A stretch of 47,813 bases of DNA from a virus. Its lineage: Duplodnaviria > Caudoviricetes. The position numbers and the translations under genes were made by a program. The stretch spans positions 1-47,813 of IMG/VR virus record IMGVR_UViG_3300016474_000772. One strand, written 5' to 3'. Under the pieces are notes generated by a model that was not told where the DNA came from, searched no databases, and worked only from the letters and a program-made list of their open reading frames with translations. Positions 37,845-45,951 of the stretch are shown piece after piece. Each line of letters starts with the position of its first letter. The stretch's first letter is position 1.

Positions 37845-38969
37845 TTACAGTAAATGCTCAATTTTGTCAATAATCATTTTAGGTGTTATACTTTTAGTGC
37901 ATTCAAATTCTCTAGTAGATCCTTTATGATCAGGGCACCAATACCAATCTCCTCTATTGAGAGTTTTTCTATTAAAGCAACCCGAACATCTATCTTCTGG
38001 TGGTATTACTCTATAACATGATTGCATTTCGGTATAAGAATACGAAAATCCACTAATTAAAACTGTTGGTATTCCTAATGTCCATGATAACCAAGATAAT
38101 CCGCTACCTAAACCAATAAACAATTTAGCTTTTACCAAATAATCAACAGCTTCTTCTATTGTTACTGTTTGAATATGTTCTATATTACTAGGCAAAAAAT
38201 TTCTAAAATACCCATTCGCATTATCACTAATAGAAATAACTTTATAATTCTTTTCTAAAAAATAATCTGCTAAATCTTTCCATCCAGTTTCATAGTTCCA
38301 AAATTTACACTGTTTGGTAGCATGTGGCCCAAATACAATAAGATCACTGTTTTTATTGTTAACACTAAAAGACAAGTTTGCTTTCTCTTCTACATAATCT
38401 AACCCAAGAATGTCTGCAGCTATTTTTTGTAAAGGAATAGTTTTAGGATCTACGGGGTGCCGAAAGAGATCTATTTCACTATTCTTTAAAAAATAACCAA
38501 CATCATACTTGGCATAAAGATTAACTATATTAGCATGAAATGGCACAAAAGAAATATTTTCATAACTTTTTTCAAATAGATTATTATGAAAGGTAGAAAC
38601 AAACAAGTTACAATTATGCAGCTTTCGAAATTTTTCTATGTATGGAAACCAAGCTAAAGTATCTCCAAGCGCAGAAGAATCTAATCTAATGTGTACATTT
38701 TTACTCTCTAAATTAAATTCTTTAGATGCCCATAATTTTTCATCTTTAAGTATTATTATTTCCCAATCAGCAAAGAAGGTAATGGTACATTTACACCATT
38801 CATTATTCTTAATTCTTGATTTAGAAAAAAGTTGTTTAGTTTTACGATCATAAAAATATACGTCGTAATAACTAAATTCATCTCCGACGATGCGAACTCT
38901 TGCACCATCTACGAAATCGTATTCAACTTTATTAATTGAATTGTCTTTGATATAAGCGTATGTAATCAT
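37845..38969 (-). CDS. Autotransporter-type O-heptosyltransferase (Aah/TibC-like, GT-B fold)
   Basis: SSALGDTLAWFPYIEKFR, PLQKIAADILGL, FIGLGSGLSWLSW..G.PTVLISGFS, iron-finger Cys set CSGCFN...WCP.HK...FECTKSI. Confidence 0.85.
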   Translation of the reverse strand: MITYAYIKDNSINKVEYDFVDGARVRIVGDEFSYYDVYFYDRKTKQLFSKSRIKNNEWCKCTITFFADWEIIILKDEKLWASKEFNLESKNVHIRLDSSALGDTLAWFPYIEKFRKLHNCNLFVSTFHNNLFEKSYENISFVPFHANIVNLYAKYDVGYFLKNSEIDLFRHPVDPKTIPLQKIAADILGLDYVEEKANLSFSVNNKNSDLIVFGPHATKQCKFWNYETGWKDLADYFLEKNYKVISISDNANGYFRNFLPSNIEHIQTVTIEEAVDYLVKAKLFIGLGSGLSWLSWTLGIPTVLISGFSYSYTEMQSCYRVIPPEDRCSGCFNRKTLNRGDWYWCPDHKGSTREFECTKSITPKMIIDKIEHLL

Positions 38970-38976
38970 AGTAATA

Positions 38977-39318
38977 TTGGTAGTTCTTTGGGTAAAAAGG
39001 AAGAACTACCAAAACCCCTTCAGGTTTAAGCAGCTAGCTTAAGATCCTGATAGAAATAGTCGTCGTTTGCGTCTATTTAGTTTGCTTCTTCGGCCAGGTA
39101 GTCCTAACCCTACGACTTTAGCATTGCCGAGTTGTCCACTTACTTACTATTTGCCCCGTCGAAACCATGTCTGGCCCATCAGAAGTATACTGCACTAGCC
39201 AGTTGAATACAGCCGACCAGTCTTCCTTATCAGTGAAGTGCAATATACTTCTGGTGGACCAGGCGGGAGTCGAACCCGCGTCCGCAGCACGTTTCTGCTT
39301 GCTTCATACAACTATACA
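38977..39318 (-). ncRNA. ssrA: tmRNA, circularly permuted (two-piece) gene
   Basis: On -: the acceptor piece ends GCGGGTTCGACTCCCGC-CTGGTCC-ACCA (CCA at 39254-39252); 74-nt intervening hairpin; the coding piece starts GGGCCAG ACATGGTTTCGAC at 39177 (G3-U70 Ala determinant); tag ORF 39070-39026 = ANDDYFYQDLKLAA*; 3' hairpin 38977-39012. Outer ends are approximate. Confidence 0.93.
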
Positions 39319-39326
39319 AATATTTA

Positions 39327-39839
39327 TTAGCTATTTAAGACTCTAGATACTGCAGTAATTACTGCAGCAATACGTCCAATGTCTCGCAACTGCTCAGTGG
39401 TGTAGCCTTCTTTTTTCAAAGTCTCATAGTGAGCCTTGACACAGAAATGACATTTACCAACAATACTAGCTGCCAAGCTATATGCTTCAAAGCGAGCTTT
39501 GGTGGTACCTCCATGACTAGCAATAGCATTCATTCTTAACTGTGCTGGTAACCCTTTAAGGTTTTCATCATCAACCATTTCTACATACGGGTACCAGACA
39601 TTATTCATAGCCATTAGACTAGCCGCAGTAAGAGCAGCATCTGCTTCTTTACGATCTTGAATTTGACTATGTACCCAAGTCCAAAACTTACTATTACCAG
39701 TAGCAAAAGCTGCTGCTAATGCTACGGCTTCTGCCTCTTCTGCAGGAAGACTGCTACGCTTAATTACTGTATCAAAATTAAGTCGAGTATCTTTAGCATA
39801 GTCTGGTATAGTATCCTTTAATTGGTCGACCCAACTCAT
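39327..39839 (-). CDS. ahpD: Alkylhydroperoxidase AhpD
   Basis: IPDYAKDTRLN, AASLMAMNNVWYPY, LRMNAIASHGG, SIVGKCHFCVKAH (CxxC). Confidence 0.93.
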   Translation of the reverse strand: MSWVDQLKDTIPDYAKDTRLNFDTVIKRSSLPAEEAEAVALAAAFATGNSKFWTWVHSQIQDRKEADAALTAASLMAMNNVWYPYVEMVDDENLKGLPAQLRMNAIASHGGTTKARFEAYSLAASIVGKCHFCVKAHYETLKKEGYTTEQLRDIGRIAAVITAVSRVLNS

Positions 39840-40591
39840 GTATTCTCCTTTTGTTTACATCTATCAAAATGTTTTCTAACTATATTATGGATAACGCCAG
39901 TAGACCCACAGTGGGGGCAAGAAACAATTTGCAATATTCTACCATTGACCCATCCTAACTTTAAATAATCGTCTAGATATTCGATATTAATTTTCTTTTG
40001 TTCTTTTCCATTATTAATCCATCTAGTTTGACTAACTATTGAAGATAATTTAGATTTTGTTTTATCACTATGTGATCTACCTATCGCCTTTTTTCTAATT
40101 TTATTTCGCCTTACTTCTTCAACTTCTCTTGGTCTATTAAGTTGAGATGTTGACATACGGTTTCTTGTTTCTTTTGATAAAATTCTACCTTTTAATGATG
40201 CTGATCTTTTAGCATTTCCTTCAGGTGTTTGTTTTTTCTTTCGTTGAGATTCAAGTGCTTTGCTGCTGGCAGGCCCCACATTTTTAAATTTTTCTCCTCC
40301 CATATTTTCATTCAACCAGTCATTTTTATTAAGAGCATTAACTTTTTTAAGGAATCTGTATTCGTAGGTTAATGCTTCTTCGGGGGTGCCAAAAATTTTT
40401 CTTACTTCTGCTCTAAATGAGTCCGTTCCATATTCTTTTAGTAAACATTTTACCTTCGCAGAGGAAGTAAAATATCCATTGGTTTTCCAAAATGTGTTAG
40501 GATCTGCTCCCTTTCCATACTTTGATCCATAGTATTTTTTACCAGTAGGAATGTGAAAAACAAAATATGTGTATGGTATTCGGTCAGACAT
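39836..40591 (-). mobile_element. Free-standing GIY-YIG (Seg-like) homing endonuclease gene
   Basis: PYTY...KKYYGSK..YFTSS catalytic-domain pattern, NUMOD3-like repeats (KGRILSKETRNRMS, GRSHSDKTKSKLS), RWINNG, C-terminal CPHC; inserted between ahpC and ahpD. Confidence 0.85.
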
Positions 40592-40625
40592 GATTGATCC
40601 TTTTTGTATATTTATGTCTGACCGA
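40580..40625 (-). promoter_or_regulatory. 12-bp hairpin sequestering the endonuclease start codon, with an embedded late-like promoter (CATAAATA)
   Basis: tcggtcagacat (40580-40591) and atgtctgaccga (40614-40625) form a perfect inverted repeat; CATAAATA on - at 40609-40616. Confidence 0.75.
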
Positions 40626-40630
40626 CGGAT

Positions 40631-41176
40631 TTACAAAGTTTCGCCGCCTATTACCCTTGAACAAGCGCATAATTCACCTGTTTGTAAACTATCTAAAATT
40701 CTTAAGGTTTCTTCAGGTGATCGCCCAACATTTAAATTATTCACGCTAACGTGTTGAATAACATTCCCCGGGTCAACAATAAATGTTGCTCTTAACGGAG
40801 CACCAGCTGGAGCATAAAACACGCCTAAATGATCAACTAAACTTAATACGCCTCGTTTAGTGTCCGAAAATTGAATATGTTTTATATTTTTAAGATCATC
40901 GTGATTCTTCTGCCATGCTAAGACACAAAACTCATTATCTGTTGTTCCTGTTAAAAGTACAGTATCACGATCTTCGAAATCTTGAAATAATTTGTCATAT
41001 CCAACTATTTCTGTGGGGCAAACGAAAGTAAATGATTTAGGATAGTATACTATCACTTTCCACTTACCAGGGAAAGATTTTTCCGTCAGGTCCTCAAAGG
41101 CACCTTCGGGTGTAAGAGCACCGGGCTTTACACCAACGATTTGAAACGGTTCAAGTTTATCACCAACAGTTAACAT
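40631..41176 (-). CDS. ahpC: Peroxiredoxin AhpC
   Basis: YPKSFTFVCPTEI peroxidatic motif, RATFIVDP, GELCAC resolving motif; likely start MLTVGDKL at 41176. Confidence 0.95.
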   Translation of the reverse strand: MLTVGDKLEPFQIVGVKPGALTPEGAFEDLTEKSFPGKWKVIVYYPKSFTFVCPTEIVGYDKLFQDFEDRDTVLLTGTTDNEFCVLAWQKNHDDLKNIKHIQFSDTKRGVLSLVDHLGVFYAPAGAPLRATFIVDPGNVIQHVSVNNLNVGRSPEETLRILDSLQTGELCACSRVIGGETL

Positions 41177-41233
41177 ATGTAATTTCCTTTTAAGTTTATA
41201 CGTTTTTAGGGGAGGGTATCTTCGCACAATCAT

Positions 41234-41262
41234 ATTATATTAGATTAAGACTTTAATGTCTA
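41234..41262 (-). promoter_or_regulatory. Sigma70-type (early) promoter upstream of ahpC
   Basis: TAGACA, 17 nt spacer, TATAAT on the - strand. Confidence 0.7.
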
Positions 41263-41919
41263 GTCTTTAGTTGACCGTTCGTATTCATCTCTCATCTTTA
41301 ACAATTTGGGAGCGAATTCGTCTCTTTTCTTTTGGAATATCTGCGGATAATCATTTTCAACAGCAATTAATATGGTAATTCTTGGAACCGGTATTTTATA
41401 TCGTTCCTCGAACATTATTGCATATGCAGATGCTTGGACAAAATAACCTTCAATCCATTCTTCTCTTTTAGGTTTTGAAGATGTTTTGAAATCAATCACA
41501 TTTAGTTTACCATTATATTCGGCTATACAATCAACAGTTCCTGCTAATCTTAAATGATTAGAATAAAGATATTTTTCTTGAAGATAGATATTATCTATGT
41601 TATTCAAATAAGGAAGTATTGATTTGAATAGTTCAAGTTGCATAGGATTATCAATTTCCATATCTTCATTTCTAATATATTTCTCAACAATGGTATGGAG
41701 TTTTGTGCCTCTAGATGATGCTTGTCTAGATATCTTATTGGCTTCTTCGTGTCCAACTTTTTTACGCCATTCCATAATAGCATCTTTACTAAAATAGCTT
41801 AGCATAGTTGTAATGGAGGGATACTTCTTTCCCTCCGGTGTTACATAATATCTTTTGCCATCATCTAATGTAACTTTTTCAAGTTTTATTTCTGGCACTT
41901 GTACATGATTAAATAGCAT
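41260..41919 (-). CDS. Cas4-like PD-(D/E)XK exonuclease
   Basis: YPSITTML, RGTKLH, AGTVDCIAEY..KLNVIDFKTS, YFVQASAYA. Confidence 0.88.
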   Translation of the reverse strand: MLFNHVQVPEIKLEKVTLDDGKRYYVTPEGKKYPSITTMLSYFSKDAIMEWRKKVGHEEANKISRQASSRGTKLHTIVEKYIRNEDMEIDNPMQLELFKSILPYLNNIDNIYLQEKYLYSNHLRLAGTVDCIAEYNGKLNVIDFKTSSKPKREEWIEGYFVQASAYAIMFEERYKIPVPRITILIAVENDYPQIFQKKRDEFAPKLLKMRDEYERSTKD

Positions 41920-41920
41920 A

Positions 41921-42559
41921 TTAACTTTGTAGTACTTCTATTGCGTGATTATAATGTTTTATTCTATCCTCGATACCAATAAAACCACCATTGATTCTTT
42001 TGGTCATCATCTTGATATCTTGAAGATCAGCTAATTCGTTTAATTTATTTGCTGTCCAAAACCAACAGGCAGAATGTACAGCATAATATGGTTGAAGTAA
42101 TACGTCTGGATTTTGTAGCAACGTATCATCCTCGAACAATGCCATAGAACAACGAGTGTAGTTTGATTTGCCGGTCAATTGAATCAATCCTCTGCCTCGG
42201 TATCTCCAACCTTCGCCACTCTGTTCATTGCCATTACCCATTCTGCTAGCATACACTCTGTTGGCAATTTTTTCTGGTTGCCTATGATATTGCTGTGCCA
42301 TTTCCGCGGTTGGGAAATATTTTGGAAATATTTTTCTCAATCCATCTGCAGAATAGTTTAAATTTTCTTGTAGTGTTGTAAATCCACCAGATTCGTGAGC
42401 ACACTGAGCAATAAATGCAGCAACACGGGCTACATCATATATATCATACTGAGGAAGAATCTCATTAAGAGATTCATACCATTCATTAAGATTTTTAACT
42501 CTTGGTATAAGATGATGTAATTGTTCTTCTGTAAAATAAAAATCGAAAGTATCAGCCAT
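41921..42559 (-). CDS. Glycoside hydrolase family 19 endolysin
   Basis: AAFIAQCAHESGGF..LQENLNYS, RMGNG...GWRYRGRGLIQLTGKSNY, TKRINGG..G.EDR. Confidence 0.93.
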   Translation of the reverse strand: MADTFDFYFTEEQLHHLIPRVKNLNEWYESLNEILPQYDIYDVARVAAFIAQCAHESGGFTTLQENLNYSADGLRKIFPKYFPTAEMAQQYHRQPEKIANRVYASRMGNGNEQSGEGWRYRGRGLIQLTGKSNYTRCSMALFEDDTLLQNPDVLLQPYYAVHSACWFWTANKLNELADLQDIKMMTKRINGGFIGIEDRIKHYNHAIEVLQS

Positions 42560-42569
42560 TATTTTTCCT

Positions 42570-45500
42570 TTAACTATCTACTACTAAAGATCCTGAACTT
42601 GTAAAGGTGTGACAGGTATAACCACCTAAACAACAAATTGTTCCGCCTGTTGCTCTTTGGGGACCTAAATATTTAATAATAACTATTCCTGATCCACCAC
42701 AACCGGCACAAGTATAACAATCAGCATAAAGACTACAACTATGCCCAGAGGAACCACCGCCACCACCCCCAGTGTTAATGGTTCCTGGGTCAGCTAATTT
42801 AAAACAATATCTAAAACAAATTCCTCCTGCAGACGTTGGAATTGTACAAATTTGCCCCCCGGCACCACCCCCACCGATACCCCCTCTTCCATAATTAAAG
42901 TAAATTGCTGTACCGCTTCCTCCTCCACCGCCACCTGCATAGTATTGTCCGGTGCCTTGCCAACATTTACCTGCACCCCCAGGCCCGGCATAATTGCCGC
43001 AGAGTAATCCACTAGGTGGTTGATCCGATGGAGGACAAATACCACAACTATATCCGGCTTCTCCTGCGCCTCCTCCTCCTGCGCCATGAGCGGTGGGCGG
43101 GCCCCCTCCTCCAGGATATCCTTGCCCGGAACAAGCAGACCCTCCTCTTGGAGCTAATGAAGTAGGGGATTGTGTAGGATCATATCCTCCAGCACCTCCG
43201 CCGCCCGACCCTCCTGGGTCCCCGGGTCCACAAGTTTTACATCCTGTAGTGCCGCCTCCACATCTACTACCTCCACCTCCACCCCCATAAGCTATAACAT
43301 CACCACCCCCGGATCCTATACCAGTTATACAAGATGCACTACCAGGAGTAGAATAAGTTGTAGTGGTTGCACATCTACCACAATAAATTGCGCCAAGGCC
43401 ACCTGCTCCTATAGTAACCACATAGGTGGCTCCTGGTGTTAAAGGAGAATTGTCGCAAGAATATCCACACACAAATCCTCCAGCACCTCCGCCACCGCCG
43501 CATCCTGAGAAGGTACATGTTGTGGTGTAAGCAAATGAGCCGCCACCTCCACCGCCTGCTACGGCTAGATATTCAACAACTGGAGGATCGGCTGTACTTG
43601 TATCGTAAACTAAAACTACTGTATTGGCAACTATATTACCAGATGTAGATACTGTTCTAACTTGAAACAGAATATTTTCTGTACCTTCAGTGGTTAAATC
43701 TTCTCTCAAGGTAATACTTACATTACCGGTATTACCTCTTATAGTAAAGGAACCACTATTGGATAAACTAACGAAGTCTGTAGCATTAGTATTACCACCG
43801 TTTGTCCAATATAACGTAGTACCATCTGCTACGTTGGCAGTATTGATAGTGAAAAATACTTCTTGTCCTTCATTCAATGCTACTGTATTAGCCGATAAAG
43901 AATATGATGGTTGACTTAAACTTGTATCAATTATAGTAACAGTACTTGACGTAGCAACTATTGGACCAGATGTAGAATTGTTTCTAATCTGCAATATAAT
44001 AGTCTCATCCCCTTCAGTAATTAAATCATTTCTCAAAGTAAGAGTAACTGACCCAGTATTACTACTAATAGAGAAAGAACCGCTATTCACGCCTTCTATA
44101 AAATCACCAATACCAGTATTGCCAGCATTTGTCCAATAAACTACGTTACCATTTGGGACATTTGCAGTATTGACAGTGAATCTAACACTTTGTCCTTCAT
44201 TTAATGTGGCTACGTTTGGTGAAACTTCGTATATAGGAATTAGTGTAATACTTGTATCATTAACTGTAACTGTATCTGCAGTTGCTACTATACTACCCGA
44301 AGTGGATCCGGTTCTTACTCTAAAGATAATAGTTTCTGATCCTTCAGTTGTTTCATCCGCTACTAACGATAACGTTACGTTACCAGTATTACCTCTGATA
44401 GTAAATGAACCGGAATTATTACCTCCACTGAAATCTGGACCTGTAGTGGTGCCAGAATTTGTCCAGTATAAAGTTGTATTATTAAATACGTTTGATGTAT
44501 TAACGTTGAAAGTAACGTTACTGCCTTCATTAACGGATGTAGTAGTGGGTATTACCTCATAAGTTGGTATTAATGTGATACTAGTATCTGAAACAGTGAC
44601 TGTACTAGCTGTTGCTACTATAGTACCAGATATTGAATTTGTTCTCAAGTTAAAGATTATATCTTCGGATCCTTCTGTGGTATAATCCTCTACTAATGTA
44701 AATGTTACTGATCCCGACCCGGATATAATTTGAACCGACCCATTATTTACACCTTCGGTAAAATCACTAGAATTAGTTGAACCGTTATTAGTCCAATAAA
44801 GTGTCGTACCCGATGCTACATTGGATGTAGTAATATTGAAGGTTACTGCCTGCCCCTCTGATATTAGCGTTGAGGTTGGCACTATAGCATAGGTTGGTAT
44901 TTGAGTTAAACTTGTATCATTTATAGTAACTGTATTTGCGGTTGCTACTACGTTACCAGAAATGGATCCAGTTCTTAAATTAATGATTATTGTTTCTGAA
45001 CCTTCTGTTGTATAATCCTCTAAAGTCGTAACAGAGAAGGAGCCGGTATTTGCATTGATTGTAAAATTACCACTATTTGTTCCACCGGAGAAATCTGAGG
45101 TTGTACTTGTTCCGCTATTGATCCAATATAAAACAGTTCCATTATCTACGTTAGAGGTATAAACATTATAAGTAACACTTTGACCTTCATTAACACTTGA
45201 TGCTGATTCAATAATAGAATATGTGGGTATAGGTGTTAGACTAGTATCAGAAACATAAACTATATTAGATGTTGCGATAATGTTTCCGCTAGGCGAACCA
45301 ATTCTTATCTGAGGAATTATAGTTTCCACACCCTCAGTAGTTCTATCTGCTACTAGATTTAAAGAAAAGGAACCGGCATTTGAATTGATAGTAAACGATC
45401 CGCTATTAACTCCTTCAACGAAATCACTTGATGTGGTGTTGCCAGCATTAGTCCAATAGATTACTGTTCCGTCAAAAATGTTACCAGTAGTGACATTAAA

Positions 45501-45950
45501 TGTAACTGCCTGCCCTTCTGAAACTAATGTTGTACTTGGGGTCACCGAACCATTTACCACAAGTGTTATACTTGTATCAACTACGTTAACTGTATTTGCT
45601 GTAGCTAGAATAGGACCACTAACATTACCTTGTCTAACATTAAAGATAATGGTTTCGAAGCCTTCAGTAGTAATATCATTAACTAAAGTTAAAGTGACAT
45701 TGGCTTGATTATTAGATACAGTGAACTGCCCAGAATTATTTCCTCCGACGAAATCAAATCCATTAGTGGTTCCGACGTTATCCCAGTATAAAGTTTCATT
45801 CTCATATACATTTCTAGTTGTAACTGAGAAAGTAATCGATTGTCCCTCATTTACGATATTACTTGAAGGAACAACTGACGCAAAATATCTCGGACTAAAT
45901 GGTAATCCGATATTAACCTTAGTTAAAATTGAATTTTGAAAAACCGCCAT
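42570..45950 (-). CDS. Virion adhesin-like protein: 7 Calx-beta/Ig-like repeats plus a C-terminal Gly/Cys-rich domain
   Basis: Seven roughly 110-aa units (VNEGQSVTF...LYWTN...DF..G.NSG.F...D.TTEG.ETII...DTS), then VEYLAVAGGGGGG...GGSGIVIIKY...HTFTSSG. Confidence 0.8.
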   Translation of the reverse strand: MAVFQNSILTKVNIGLPFSPRYFASVVPSSNIVNEGQSITFSVTTRNVYENETLYWDNVGTTNGFDFVGGNNSGQFTVSNNQANVTLTLVNDITTEGFETIIFNVRQGNVSGPILATANTVNVVDTSITLVVNGSVTPSTTLVSEGQAVTFNVTTGNIFDGTVIYWTNAGNTTSSDFVEGVNSGSFTINSNAGSFSLNLVADRTTEGVETIIPQIRIGSPSGNIIATSNIVYVSDTSLTPIPTYSIIESASSVNEGQSVTYNVYTSNVDNGTVLYWINSGTSTTSDFSGGTNSGNFTINANTGSFSVTTLEDYTTEGSETIIINLRTGSISGNVVATANTVTINDTSLTQIPTYAIVPTSTLISEGQAVTFNITTSNVASGTTLYWTNNGSTNSSDFTEGVNNGSVQIISGSGSVTFTLVEDYTTEGSEDIIFNLRTNSISGTIVATASTVTVSDTSITLIPTYEVIPTTTSVNEGSNVTFNVNTSNVFNNTTLYWTNSGTTTGPDFSGGNNSGSFTIRGNTGNVTLSLVADETTEGSETIIFRVRTGSTSGSIVATADTVTVNDTSITLIPIYEVSPNVATLNEGQSVRFTVNTANVPNGNVVYWTNAGNTGIGDFIEGVNSGSFSISSNTGSVTLTLRNDLITEGDETIILQIRNNSTSGPIVATSSTVTIIDTSLSQPSYSLSANTVALNEGQEVFFTINTANVADGTTLYWTNGGNTNATDFVSLSNSGSFTIRGNTGNVSITLREDLTTEGTENILFQVRTVSTSGNIVANTVVLVYDTSTADPPVVEYLAVAGGGGGGSFAYTTTCTFSGCGGGGGAGGFVCGYSCDNSPLTPGATYVVTIGAGGLGAIYCGRCATTTTYSTPGSASCITGIGSGGGDVIAYGGGGGGSRCGGGTTGCKTCGPGDPGGSGGGGAGGYDPTQSPTSLAPRGGSACSGQGYPGGGGPPTAHGAGGGGAGEAGYSCGICPPSDQPPSGLLCGNYAGPGGAGKCWQGTGQYYAGGGGGGSGTAIYFNYGRGGIGGGGAGGQICTIPTSAGGICFRYCFKLADPGTINTGGGGGGSSGHSCSLYADCYTCAGCGGSGIVIIKYLGPQRATGGTICCLGGYTCHTFTSSGSLVVDS

Positions 45951-45951
45951 A

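Noticed and set aside
39252-39290. Apparent tRNA 3' half (T-arm GGTTCGACTCC plus CCA)
   Set aside because: No D-arm or anticodon arm upstream; the matching 5' acceptor strand lies downstream, so it is the acceptor piece of the permuted tmRNA.
41260-41919. Cas4-like gene as evidence of a CRISPR system
   Set aside because: No repeat-spacer array or other cas genes seen; stand-alone Cas4-like nucleases are common in T4-like phages.
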